Shown: one piece after another, positions 47,532 to 58,061 of the stretch
Numbering within the stretch: the first letter of the stretch is position 1
How the letters are laid out: every line of letters starts with the position of its first letter
From: a virus
DNA length: 64,000 nt
Reading direction: 5' to 3' (one strand)
Virus record (IMG/VR): IMGVR_UViG_3300013099_000018
Span: 32,001 to 96,000 of that record
The notes under the pieces: model-generated
Told to the model about the DNA's origin: nothing
Database searches by the model: none
Seen by the model: the letters and a program-made list of their open reading frames with translations, nothing else
Program-made: the position numbers and the translations under genes

Positions 47532-50500
47532 ATGGCAACTGAGGTTGAGGAATTTAACATCAATCCACAAATAATCATTCAAGCATTCGATATTGAAAAA
47601 ACTTTAGAAGAGTTTAGCCTAAGCGATATCGAAGAGTTTTACATTGAATACGGTGGTGTAACCGACCCATTAGGACAACTAGCATCGACAGTGCTAAATG
47701 CTATTGATAGGGGGTTGTCATCTGTAAAGAATGCTATATTGGGTAAAATCTCTGATGTATATAATACAGTCAGTAAACTACCTGGTAGAATAAGTGATGT
47801 TCTTTCAAAATTGGGTAATATAGGAGATGTTATTAATGATATATTAAATACAGTTAAAGGAATTCCAGGCAGAATAAGCGATGTTTTAAATAAAATTGGT
47901 AGTGTTGGTAGTGTTGTAAATTCTATTTTTGAAAGGGTTAAAGAACTTCCAGGCAAGGTGGGTGAAATATTAAGTAAATTAGGTAATATAGGTTCTACGG
48001 TTAAAGACATATTTGATAAGATTAAGGGTATTTATCAAAAAATAGCTGATGGATTTAAGAATGCATTAGACAAAATACGAGATATTTACGATAAGATTAA
48101 AGAAATACCTCAAAAAATAGCTGATGGGTTTAAAGATGTCTTGAAGAATTTAGGCACTATTGTAGACAAAGTCAAAGAAATTCCACAAAAGATAGCTAAA
48201 GGGTTTGAAGATGTTGGAAAATCTCTTAACAACATATTCGAGAAGGTAAAAGAGCTACCAGAGAAAGTCTCTCAAGGATTTGAAGAGGTTTTAAAGAACT
48301 TAGGACTTATTGTAGACAAAGTCAAAGATTTACCTCAAAAGATATCCGATGGATTTAGAAACATATTAGATAAGGTTCGTGAAATCTTCGACAAAGTCAA
48401 AGAGTTACCACAGAAAATATCAGATGGTTTCAAAAACGTTATCGAGAATTTAAGAGGGATAATGGATAAAGTCAAGGAGTTACCACAGAAAATAGCTGAA
48501 GGTTTTGAAAATGTAGGTAAATCCCTTAGCGGAATAATCGAGGAAGTCAAAAAGATTCCAGAAAAGATTTCAAGTTTATTTGAAGAAATTAGGAAAAAGT
48601 TTGAAGATTTTGGAAAAACTATTGGAGATATTTTCGAAGAGGTTAGAAAAATCCCTGAAAAGATAGCAAAGGGATTTGAAAATGCCAGTAAAACAATAAA
48701 TAAGGTAATCGAGGAAGTCAAAAAGATTCCAGAGAAGATAAGTGAAGGATTTGGAGATATAATTGAAAAACTTAAAATATTACCAGAATTGCCACAAAAA
48801 GTATGGCAATTCATACAACAAAACATCGTTCAACCCCTTGAAGAACATGTCGTAAAGCCTATAAAAGCCTTCTTTGAAGACTTATGGGATAAACACATTA
48901 AACCATTCTTTGACAAATTAAGGGATATACCAACAAAAATGGCGGAAATCAGCAAAGCATTTCAGGGATTCGTCAACCCATTAGTAGGTATAGCACAATT
49001 CTTTGACCAAATTAGGCAGAAATTCATCGATTTCATAACTAATATTCCAAATTACATTAAGTCGATAGCAGATTTCTTTGGCAATATAGCTAAAGACCCG
49101 TTGGGTTGGTTCAACGATAATGTAGTAAAGCCTTTAGCAGATGCTTTCAGTGCAATAGGTAAGTGGATATGGGAACACTTACCAGATTGGCTCAAGAATG
49201 CAATAACCACAGTACAAGATTGGTTCTCTGGAGCTAAGGATTGGATAACAAAAGGATGGAGAGACTTTGTCGATTGGGTTAGTAAGATACCAGAGCATAT
49301 CCAAAACTTAGGAAACTATATCTATGATAACGCAATTAAACCATTGCAAAATTGGTTAGATGAACAAATAATATCGCCATTTAGCGAATATATTGTTAAA
49401 CCTCTTGGAGATATAGGAGCTAAAGTTTGGCAAACTCTTAGCTCAGCATTTGATAGAATTAGAAATGCTATAAGTGAATTCTTAAAAGACCCAATAGGTT
49501 TCATCGGTGGGATATTTAATTTCTTGATTAGTGGATTAAAGAAAATTGGAGAAGCTATATGGGGCGGAATTACATCTGCTGGAGAGTGGTTCGCAAGTAA
49601 AGCTACTGAAGCATTCAACGCAATCTTTTCAAAAGTTATCAAACCTATATATGATAGTTTTGAAAACATAGGTAAATCTATAGTTAGTTTCATAAACAAA
49701 CCATTCATATCTTTGGTTGGAGCAGTTAAAGGTTTAGCAGATAAAATTGCTAAAGCTACAGATGAACCTATAACCAAGCTTATTTATGACCTTTTCACAC
49801 CACTGGTTAGCAATGTTGCAAAAACTATGGAAAATCATGTTATGAAATTAGTTAATAAGCTTAGTAAAGGTCAATCTGCGGGTGAGGTTATAGAATCACT
49901 ACAGCTTACTGGATTGCTTTATGGTTCGATAGTTCTCAATCAGTATTTGTTTAGAGCAATATCGTTAGGGTTACATGCTTTAGCTTCAGCTTTTGACAAA
50001 TACAATTGGGAAATGTTTATTGGATGGAGAGTAAAGGTAAAGGGAGAGCATGGATTCAGATTCGTTCCAGCAGGTGTTGGTGTTAGGCAAGCTATAGGAG
50101 ATTCTACGTTAGTTCAACAAGCAATTCCAATTTACGTTGGATTAAACTTAGGTGGAACTTTGAGACACATTGCAAAAGAAATGAAAAACTATGCAGATGA
50201 GTGGGGTAGAGCAGTTCTATATGGTTATGCAATTTGGCTATCACAACCCATGATGCGTTTGGCAAGTTCAATGTTTAGAAATATGTTACCTATTGAACTA
50301 CCGTCATTATCCGAGCTTAGAACTATAACAAGGAGACACATGCCAATCAAAGAGAAATTCGAACAACACCTAGAAACTATGAGAAGGTATCTTGCGTTAT
50401 ATGGTTACAACGATGAAGTCGTGGCATGGTTGACAACTCCAATAACAGAGAAAGGTTGGTTTGTTACAATTGTAGATAGGTTTGGCAAGGAAAGAAAAGT

Positions 50501-53500
50501 CCCGATAAGCTTACTGTATGAGCTACCGACACCTTCAGATATAGCAAGAATGATGATTCATGACCTATTTACACTTCCAGAACAAGAAGAGGTTGCGTTT
50601 GAGAGCTTTAAGAAATTGATGGCTATGAAAGGATACAACGAAGACATCGCTAAGCTCTATTACTTGCTACACTACAAATATCCAAGCATGAGCGATTTAT
50701 GGGAATTCACTTGTAGAGTGGTAGCAAAACAAACATGGGTTGAGTATGTTCCTGAACCAGAGATGGACTTAGGTGCGCCAAATCCGAAATCTCCTGTGCA
50801 ATTACAAAGCACATATGGGTTAACTAAGTTTACGAGTGAAGAAGTGTGGAATAAATTAAAGAGTGCAACAGAAAACATTTTGAGACACTATGCAAAGTGG
50901 CATGATTATGCTCCATTCACATGGATTAAAGATTGGACAGCAGATAACTTAATTTACATAGACTTAATGGCTGACATACCACAGAGAATCGATGCAAGAT
51001 GGATGTATAAGTGGCAAGTCCCTGTTCCCAAAGCGATTTACGATATTACCAATAATGAATACTTTGATGAGAAAGCACTCTTCTTAATTGTAACTTCAAG
51101 AGGAATGCATCCCAAATGGATAGAATCTATAGTAATTGCTGAGTGCATGAACGCATTAGCAGAAGAGAGAACATATGCAAGAACGGGTGTCATCAACGCA
51201 TTCAAGGAAGGATTTATGCCATTGGATGGATTGACAAAGACACTATCAAACCTCACAACGATAAAGATTCTTGATAGAGATGTCCCTGTTAGATTCTTAG
51301 AAGGAGAAGTTAAGCTACTTGCATTAAGAGCCAAATATGACAGAGCATTGGACATTCTAAGGGATTATTTCAAAGATTTACTTAGAGGAGTAACCGAGAA
51401 CATAATCCCATTCGATGGAATGACTAAAAGCTTAAAAGACGAAATAAATGCAGTAGCTAAATCGTTAGGATTAACAAATCTTGCATTAGATGAAGACTAT
51501 TACAAACTATATCAACCAGTAGCAGACTCTCTCAGAAAGGTAAGAACAATTGAGAGGATAAGATATTGGTACAGATACATGCTTTACAGAATTCTATATA
51601 GATTCTCAGAAGGATTCATGAGTAAAGACGAATTCAACAAAACAATAAACGACATTGTAAACAACGCAAAGCTAACTGATGAAGAAAAGAAGGTCTTTGT
51701 CGAGATTGCACAACTAATGTATGATGGTTTCTACAAGAAGACTAAAGCAGATGGAATTCTTAGAAAATTAGCAAGAGGTGTAATAACACATGAACAAGCA
51801 AAACAAGAACTAATTAAATTAGGGTTAACTGAGGATTTAGCAGATGCTCTCATAGAGAAGCATGCCAAAACTTACACATTATCAATCTCGACTCTACTAA
51901 GCTATGCTGATGAAGTTTACATTCCAGAGGAGTTACTAATGAAGAAACTTGAGATTCTTGGAGTTCCACAAGATGAGCGAGAAATTGTCTTACAAGTGTT
52001 TAAGATAAGACCAATCAAGGACGAAAGAGCAAAAGCAATCAGAATACAGATTGAGAAATTTATCGAAGGATACATAGATGAAAACACACTTAGACAAGAG
52101 TTAAGTAAACTTGGTAAATTTAAAGAGGAAATTGACCTAATTGTTCAATATGCTAAGGTAGAAAAAGAAATGGAAATCTACAAACTAAGAATTGATGCTA
52201 TTCTTAATAAGATAAGAAGAGGAGTATTAACTATCGAAGAGGCTAGGAATGTCCTTAGCAAATATATAACAGACAAAGATATAGTCGAAGCTCTAATTGA
52301 AAAAGCAGTCAGAGTTTATACCTTATCAGTGGCTCAACTATTGAGCTACGCAGAATACGTAGACATTCCAGAAGAACTGTTAAAGAGGAAATTAGAAATA
52401 TTAGGTGTTCCAAAAGATGAAATACCCATTATCTTGCAAGTTTTCAGAATAAGACCTCTAAGAGACGAATATGCTAAGCAAATTTCAGAAACACTTAAGC
52501 AATTCGAGGAAGGATACATTGATGAGGAGAAACTTAAGTCCACTCTAAAAGAATTAGGTAAAAGCGATAAGGAGATTCAAATTCTTGTAACTTTTGCAAA
52601 GGCTCGTAGGTGGAGACACAAGGTTGAATACTTTGTGGATGCAATCTTGAACCAGCTAAGGAGAGGAGCAATTACCATCGACAAGGCTAAAGAAGAGTTG
52701 TCGAAATACATCGTGGATGAGAGTCTAATAGATGCGATGATAGAAAAGACTGTAAGAGTTTACACATTGTCAATACCACAATTACTTAGCTATGCAGAAT
52801 ACGTAGATATTCCAGAGGAATTCATTAAAAAGAAGCTTGAGATTCTCGGAGTTCCAGAGGATGAAGTTCCAATTATCTTGCAAGTGTTTAGAATAAGACC
52901 ACTAAAGGATGAAAGAGCTAAGATGATTAGGAGTGTCATAGATGCATATATCAATGGTTATATCTCAAAAGACTTGCTCCAGCAAAACTTAAAGAACTTA
53001 GGAAAATCACCAAGGGAAATTCAAATTCTAACAGAATTTGCAGATTTTGAGAAATCCCAAGCTGAAGCAAAGTTAGCCATAGATGCAATTCTAAACAGAT
53101 TAAGAAGAGGAGCAATAACACTTGAAGAGGCTAAGAAGGAGCTATCGAAATACATTGTGGACAAAGCTCTTATAGATGCTATCATTGAAAAATATGTTAG
53201 AACTTCTGTTTGGACACCAGACAAATTGGTTAGCATGGCAGAATATGTACCTATAGATATTCAAAAGCTTGTAGATAAAGCAAAGATGTTCGGATATCCA
53301 GAGGAAGAAGTAAAATTATATCCAGCATACCTCATAGCAAGAAATCTCAATGAAGAAATTGGAAGAATAATAACAGAGCTTGTATACCTCTATGTTTACG
53401 ACATCATTGACGAAGAAACATTGAGAAAAGAGATTGATAAGGTTAGAACTCTAAATGGTGAAGTTAAAAAGCTTGGCGTAGATTGGATTGTTATTGATGA

Positions 53501-53570
53501 CATGGAGAAAGAGTTAATCATACAAAGAGCTAAATTAAGAAAGATGAGAGAGCAAAGAAAATCAACATAG
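47532..53570 (+). CDS. 2012-aa repeat-rich virion protein (probable terminal/fibre scaffold)
   Basis: N-terminal 11/22-residue amphipathic repeats (LP.KI..GF), Trp-rich repeats, and ~4 C-terminal ~140-aa repeats (DAIL..RRG.IT...YTLS..QLLSYAEYV.IPEE). Confidence 0.75.
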   Translation: MATEVEEFNINPQIIIQAFDIEKTLEEFSLSDIEEFYIEYGGVTDPLGQLASTVLNAIDRGLSSVKNAILGKISDVYNTVSKLPGRISDVLSKLGNIGDVINDILNTVKGIPGRISDVLNKIGSVGSVVNSIFERVKELPGKVGEILSKLGNIGSTVKDIFDKIKGIYQKIADGFKNALDKIRDIYDKIKEIPQKIADGFKDVLKNLGTIVDKVKEIPQKIAKGFEDVGKSLNNIFEKVKELPEKVSQGFEEVLKNLGLIVDKVKDLPQKISDGFRNILDKVREIFDKVKELPQKISDGFKNVIENLRGIMDKVKELPQKIAEGFENVGKSLSGIIEEVKKIPEKISSLFEEIRKKFEDFGKTIGDIFEEVRKIPEKIAKGFENASKTINKVIEEVKKIPEKISEGFGDIIEKLKILPELPQKVWQFIQQNIVQPLEEHVVKPIKAFFEDLWDKHIKPFFDKLRDIPTKMAEISKAFQGFVNPLVGIAQFFDQIRQKFIDFITNIPNYIKSIADFFGNIAKDPLGWFNDNVVKPLADAFSAIGKWIWEHLPDWLKNAITTVQDWFSGAKDWITKGWRDFVDWVSKIPEHIQNLGNYIYDNAIKPLQNWLDEQIISPFSEYIVKPLGDIGAKVWQTLSSAFDRIRNAISEFLKDPIGFIGGIFNFLISGLKKIGEAIWGGITSAGEWFASKATEAFNAIFSKVIKPIYDSFENIGKSIVSFINKPFISLVGAVKGLADKIAKATDEPITKLIYDLFTPLVSNVAKTMENHVMKLVNKLSKGQSAGEVIESLQLTGLLYGSIVLNQYLFRAISLGLHALASAFDKYNWEMFIGWRVKVKGEHGFRFVPAGVGVRQAIGDSTLVQQAIPIYVGLNLGGTLRHIAKEMKNYADEWGRAVLYGYAIWLSQPMMRLASSMFRNMLPIELPSLSELRTITRRHMPIKEKFEQHLETMRRYLALYGYNDEVVAWLTTPITEKGWFVTIVDRFGKERKVPISLLYELPTPSDIARMMIHDLFTLPEQEEVAFESFKKLMAMKGYNEDIAKLYYLLHYKYPSMSDLWEFTCRVVAKQTWVEYVPEPEMDLGAPNPKSPVQLQSTYGLTKFTSEEVWNKLKSATENILRHYAKWHDYAPFTWIKDWTADNLIYIDLMADIPQRIDARWMYKWQVPVPKAIYDITNNEYFDEKALFLIVTSRGMHPKWIESIVIAECMNALAEERTYARTGVINAFKEGFMPLDGLTKTLSNLTTIKILDRDVPVRFLEGEVKLLALRAKYDRALDILRDYFKDLLRGVTENIIPFDGMTKSLKDEINAVAKSLGLTNLALDEDYYKLYQPVADSLRKVRTIERIRYWYRYMLYRILYRFSEGFMSKDEFNKTINDIVNNAKLTDEEKKVFVEIAQLMYDGFYKKTKADGILRKLARGVITHEQAKQELIKLGLTEDLADALIEKHAKTYTLSISTLLSYADEVYIPEELLMKKLEILGVPQDEREIVLQVFKIRPIKDERAKAIRIQIEKFIEGYIDENTLRQELSKLGKFKEEIDLIVQYAKVEKEMEIYKLRIDAILNKIRRGVLTIEEARNVLSKYITDKDIVEALIEKAVRVYTLSVAQLLSYAEYVDIPEELLKRKLEILGVPKDEIPIILQVFRIRPLRDEYAKQISETLKQFEEGYIDEEKLKSTLKELGKSDKEIQILVTFAKARRWRHKVEYFVDAILNQLRRGAITIDKAKEELSKYIVDESLIDAMIEKTVRVYTLSIPQLLSYAEYVDIPEEFIKKKLEILGVPEDEVPIILQVFRIRPLKDERAKMIRSVIDAYINGYISKDLLQQNLKNLGKSPREIQILTEFADFEKSQAEAKLAIDAILNRLRRGAITLEEAKKELSKYIVDKALIDAIIEKYVRTSVWTPDKLVSMAEYVPIDIQKLVDKAKMFGYPEEEVKLYPAYLIARNLNEEIGRIITELVYLYVYDIIDEETLRKEIDKVRTLNGEVKKLGVDWIVIDDMEKELIIQRAKLRKMREQRKST

Positions 53571-53576
53571 GGGTGA

Positions 53577-54467
53577 ATGGCTATGCCGTATCTTGATGAG
53601 TTGAGAGAGAGTTTGAAGTTGGAAGCTGGAGACGTAATAATGGAAGATTGGTATGAAGATTTAGTAAACTATCTTGAAAAAATAGAGAAAGAAGGTGCTG
53701 TAGATTACGTAGGTTACATCCATTCACATTTAATTCCCGATAAAGATGCCTTATACAACGTTGGAGTACACAACTCCAAACTTAAGCAAGTTCACTCCGT
53801 TTACGGATATTTCTCCAACGTTAAAGCAGATACAATGAATGCAACTAATGTACAATCTGACGATATAACTACTAACGAGATAAACGCAAATAAAGGCAAT
53901 TTCACAGAAGACTTGAGGTTACAAGGTAAAAGAGTTCTGAAAGACGAAGACCCAATACACATAGCTTCATTCTATGAGTATGCTAAGTCTCAAGTTGAGC
54001 AAGCTATTAAGGATGCACTTCTGAACTTAAGCATTCCAACAAAGATTGAAGAAAAGAAGGTTGTTGATGTTTATTCATTCTATGACTATGCTAAGAATCA
54101 AATAGAGCAAACAATCAAAGATGTACTTCTGAACTTAGGAATACCACCTAGACCTCATCTACTTGGTTATCAAGTAGATTACTATGCACCAGCAATGGCA
54201 GATATATTCCCGCAAGATTTGAACGTTCAATTCGATGGTAGAGTTAGAATTAAGGTTGTTGGAAATGTGGATTTCTACGCTTACATGAAGTTCAAGCCAA
54301 ATGTAGCTCCGATTGAAATAGTAGCATGGCTTAACGATGGTAAACCAATCAAAGCCAATACATGGAAAGAAATGGATTTCACCGTAAACAAAGACGATAA
54401 GGTGAATGTAAAAGTAGTCCCAACTACGAAGATAACAATCTTGATTTACAACATACCTCAAGCTTGA
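53577..54467 (+). CDS. Putative virion/fibre protein with internal repeat
   Basis: SFY(E/D)YAK.Q.EQ.IKD.LLNL.IP twice; LIPD.D..YN.G fibre-like motif. Confidence 0.55.
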   Translation: MAMPYLDELRESLKLEAGDVIMEDWYEDLVNYLEKIEKEGAVDYVGYIHSHLIPDKDALYNVGVHNSKLKQVHSVYGYFSNVKADTMNATNVQSDDITTNEINANKGNFTEDLRLQGKRVLKDEDPIHIASFYEYAKSQVEQAIKDALLNLSIPTKIEEKKVVDVYSFYDYAKNQIEQTIKDVLLNLGIPPRPHLLGYQVDYYAPAMADIFPQDLNVQFDGRVRIKVVGNVDFYAYMKFKPNVAPIEIVAWLNDGKPIKANTWKEMDFTVNKDDKVNVKVVPTTKITILIYNIPQA

Positions 54468-54507
54468 TGCTTAACTTTTTAATATACATTTGATTTGAAA
54501 TAAGAAT

Positions 54508-57500
54508 ATGAAAACAATCTATTACTTATATCCAATACGCAACAAGGTTAGCTTTACCTTTATATCTAAGCAACACATTAGGTATCTAAAGCAAAAGTTA
54601 AAGAACAATGTAAAAATAATAGAAACAGATGTAGACACTTTTGACCCTTCTGCATGGGGGTTTAACCGTAAACTTATACTCCATCCACTCTTTTATCCAT
54701 TCTTCGAAGGAGTAAGTAAAGAAGCTAATGCCAAAATAAGTAAACTTAACCAATGCCTCAACAAAGGTTTCAAGATTATAGCTTTCGATACGGCAGATTC
54801 TGACAGAATTTCCGAAAAAGCAGTAGATTTAGCTAATAAAGTTGAAGCAATAATAGTTCCATCTAACTTTGCCAAGAAAGCATTTGTAGATAGTGGCGTA
54901 TATAAACCAGTTCACGTAGTACCTCATGGAATTCCAGATGAGTTTATGGTTAATGGTAAAACAATAACTCATCCAGATTTGGCTAAGCTCAAAGAATTCA
55001 AGGAGAAAAACAAATTCATACTTGTTCATTTCAATGTTACACATTGCTATGATGAAGAAACGAGAATCCTCACTAAGGAAGGTTTCAAAAAATGGAATGA
55101 GATATCCAAAGATGACGAAATTGCCACTTTCAACCTAAAGACTGGTGAATTAGAGTATCAGAAACCAGAAGAGATATTTATATACGAATATAAAGGTAAG
55201 ATGATTCATTTCAAAGGACAACACTATGACCTCTTAGTTACTCCAAACCACAGAATGGTAGTTAGAAAGTCAAGACGGTATGTAGCTCCACAAAACAGAA
55301 ATAAGGTTAGAGAATGGAAAATTAAAGAAGCATTCGAATTACTAATCAATCGCAATTGGGTTAAATATGAAATTCCAAGAGTGGTTAAATGGAAAGGTGT
55401 TCACAAAGAATATTTCGAGATTGATAAGAAATTGAACGAGAAACTACATTGCAATGTTAGATATAAGCATGATAAATTGCCTATAAAACCATTTCTAAGG
55501 TTCTTGGGATGGTTCATATCGGAAGGACAAGCAAGATACAATGAACATAACCATGAAGTTTTTATAGCGATTTGGAACAACAAGGGTGAATACTTGAAAG
55601 AAATAGCAGAAACTATAAAGGAGTTGGGCTATCATCCAGTTATAGATTACAATAAGAAATGCGTAATAGTTAGTTCAGTTCAACTATACGAAATCATCAA
55701 AGCACTTAGATTACCAGTTCACCCAGAGGTTAAAGGTAAGAAAGCTCATCTAAAGTTTGTTCCAGATTTCATAAAGGAACTTTCTCCAGAGCTTATAAAA
55801 GAGTTTCTTATGGCACTATGGAAAGGAGATGGAACTTTCTATAAAACAAAGGATGGAAAAACCATACCATTGAAATATTCTACAACAAGTAAAAAGCTTG
55901 CAGAGGATATAGCTGAACTATGCTTGAAATGTGGATATGCTGTGAGTATAAATGTTGATGATTGTGTAAAAAGACTTAATAAAGGGCATCATCCACTATA
56001 TAATGTCGTAGTTTCGGTTAGATATGCTAATCCAAGTATGAATAACAAACCAGAAGTCATAGATTACGAAGGAATAGTTTGGTGTGTCAAAGTTCCAAAT
56101 GGGGCGGTTATAGTTGAGAGAAATGGCAAAATCGTAGTTTCTGGAAACTCAGGATTCCGTAAGGGTTGCGATTTATTCGCAAAAGCTATGTCTATCGTTC
56201 AAAAGGAGAATCCAAATATCATAATTTTGGCAAAGAGGCTTGAAGGATTAGACCCATACTTACCTCTATTAAGACAATTGAAATGCGTAGAGGTTGGCGG
56301 TTATCTTGAATTGGATGCTTATAGGCGACTTTATGACTTGACTGACATTACAGTTCTTGCATCACGAGGGGGAGGGTTTGAGTGCGTTCCACCAGATACA
56401 AAGATAATATGCTACGATGGAGTCAAGCCAATCTCAGAAGTGAAAGAGGGAGATTTAGTTCTAACACATAAGGGAAGGTTTAGAAAGGTTACAAGAGTGT
56501 TTAAGAGACATTACAAAGGTAAGATTATAGAGATAATACCTTATGGTTTCTCTAAAGTTAGCATCAAATTAACACCAGAGCATCCAGTTTTAGCTATAAT
56601 TAGGAAAGGCAATGCAAGGAACTCAATTAACTCTAACTTAGAATGGGTAGAAGCTAAGGAGTTGAAAAAAGGAGATTTTGTCGTATTTCCAATACCATCA
56701 AACAATTGTGAGAATATAGTCTATGATTTAGCAGAATTCTCTAATGATGGTAGTTTAGTAGTTGAGGATGAGTGGATATACTACAATAGGACAGGTTCTC
56801 CGAGATTTACAGAAATCAGCTACAAAGATATAGAAAAGCTAACTAATGAAACAAAGAAAATAGTTTGTAAAGCTGTTAAAGCTTACAAAGGTGAATTGAA
56901 TACGAATTCTGATAGGGTAAAGAAAGTTGTAGAGTTTCTAAGAAAGATAAACTATGAACCTCAATATGTAAAAATAAAGAGATTCGTTAAATTTGATAAA
57001 TACTTGGCAAAGGTTATAGGATATTACTTAGCAGAAGGGAGTATTTCAGCAAAAGGACGTGCAGTGGAGTTCAGTTTTGGTGAAGAACCAGAACTTGTAT
57101 TAGATTTAGTAAATGCAATAATACATGCTTTCAATTATATACCATCGGTAAAGCAATACTCTGATAGCAAAGTAACAAAAGTAATCATTTCAAATAAAGT
57201 TATTGCCAAATTCTTGGAAACATTATGTGGCAAAAAAGCTCATGGTAAAAGAATTCCATTAGATTGTTACAGGTTGGATTTAGACACAATATCATGGCTA
57301 GTATGGTCAATGATACTTGGAGATGGATGCGTTAAAGATAATCTCATAAGATATGCTACGGTTTGCGATAATCTTGCTTTTGGAATCTACACATTGTTAG
57401 TTAAACTTGGATATAAACCAAGAATCGAATGTCTTGTCCAAAGAACATATATTAGACCAAGCCATAAATTCGCTGAGAGTAAAATATGGGAAATTGAAGT

Positions 57501-58056
57501 AACATTACCTAACAAAACCAATGGTAAAAACCCATCTAATAATCCATTAATACCAAGAAAAGAGGATTACATTTTACATAGCAATAAGAGGTATCTTGAT
57601 TTCAAGAGGGGGTTTATGATTTCAATAATCAGAGATATGAAAATCGTAGATTACGATGGCTATGTTTATAACCTTGAAGTCGAAGAAGACAATAGCTATG
57701 TTGCTAATTTAGTAACAGTTCACAATTGTAACGCATTAGAATCATTGGCGAGAGGAGTACCAACAATAGTTCCAAAAGCTGGTTGTTTCTTAGATTACAT
57801 TAAATACGCTATACCAGTCAAAGTTACGAAAAACAAACCAATAGTTCTACCAGATAACCCTATCCACGTAGGAAAGGGGTGGGAAATCGATGTTGATGAG
57901 CTTGCAAAGACAATTCTTAAAGTTGCAGATAACTTGAGCAAATACAAAAGAACTGCAAAAAGGAACATGAAAAAGATTTGGAAAGAATACAGTTGGAGAA
58001 GAATTGTAGATAAAATTATCAAAATATTAGTTGAATACGATTTCATTAAAGTTTAG
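54508..58056 (+). CDS. GT4 glycosyltransferase containing two inteins (mature ~366 aa)
   Basis: Extein VPSNF, VVPHG, H|SGFRKG, SRGGGFE|CNALES; two Hint/LAGLIDADG insertions. Confidence 0.9.
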   Translation: MKTIYYLYPIRNKVSFTFISKQHIRYLKQKLKNNVKIIETDVDTFDPSAWGFNRKLILHPLFYPFFEGVSKEANAKISKLNQCLNKGFKIIAFDTADSDRISEKAVDLANKVEAIIVPSNFAKKAFVDSGVYKPVHVVPHGIPDEFMVNGKTITHPDLAKLKEFKEKNKFILVHFNVTHCYDEETRILTKEGFKKWNEISKDDEIATFNLKTGELEYQKPEEIFIYEYKGKMIHFKGQHYDLLVTPNHRMVVRKSRRYVAPQNRNKVREWKIKEAFELLINRNWVKYEIPRVVKWKGVHKEYFEIDKKLNEKLHCNVRYKHDKLPIKPFLRFLGWFISEGQARYNEHNHEVFIAIWNNKGEYLKEIAETIKELGYHPVIDYNKKCVIVSSVQLYEIIKALRLPVHPEVKGKKAHLKFVPDFIKELSPELIKEFLMALWKGDGTFYKTKDGKTIPLKYSTTSKKLAEDIAELCLKCGYAVSINVDDCVKRLNKGHHPLYNVVVSVRYANPSMNNKPEVIDYEGIVWCVKVPNGAVIVERNGKIVVSGNSGFRKGCDLFAKAMSIVQKENPNIIILAKRLEGLDPYLPLLRQLKCVEVGGYLELDAYRRLYDLTDITVLASRGGGFECVPPDTKIICYDGVKPISEVKEGDLVLTHKGRFRKVTRVFKRHYKGKIIEIIPYGFSKVSIKLTPEHPVLAIIRKGNARNSINSNLEWVEAKELKKGDFVVFPIPSNNCENIVYDLAEFSNDGSLVVEDEWIYYNRTGSPRFTEISYKDIEKLTNETKKIVCKAVKAYKGELNTNSDRVKKVVEFLRKINYEPQYVKIKRFVKFDKYLAKVIGYYLAEGSISAKGRAVEFSFGEEPELVLDLVNAIIHAFNYIPSVKQYSDSKVTKVIISNKVIAKFLETLCGKKAHGKRIPLDCYRLDLDTISWLVWSMILGDGCVKDNLIRYATVCDNLAFGIYTLLVKLGYKPRIECLVQRTYIRPSHKFAESKIWEIEVTLPNKTNGKNPSNNPLIPRKEDYILHSNKRYLDFKRGFMISIIRDMKIVDYDGYVYNLEVEEDNSYVANLVTVHNCNALESLARGVPTIVPKAGCFLDYIKYAIPVKVTKNKPIVLPDNPIHVGKGWEIDVDELAKTILKVADNLSKYKRTAKRNMKKIWKEYSWRRIVDKIIKILVEYDFIKV
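55045..56148 (+). mobile_element. Intein 1 (368 aa) with LAGLIDADG endonuclease
   Basis: Starts CYDEETRILT, TPNH block B, FLGWFISEG/LWKGDG, ends SGN before Ser+1. Confidence 0.9.
56383..57726 (+). mobile_element. Intein 2 (448 aa) with LAGLIDADG endonuclease
   Basis: Starts CVPPDTKI, TPEH, IGYYLAEG/ILGDG, VYNLEV, ends VHN before Cys+1. Confidence 0.92.
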
Positions 58057-58061
58057 TAGAG

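Noticed and set aside
47639-53236. Antisense ORFs inside long genes (also 419-778, 6144-6554, 17900-18313, 62813-63136 and similar)
   Set aside because: Shadow frames of well-supported genes, Ser/Leu/Phe-rich, lacking RBS.
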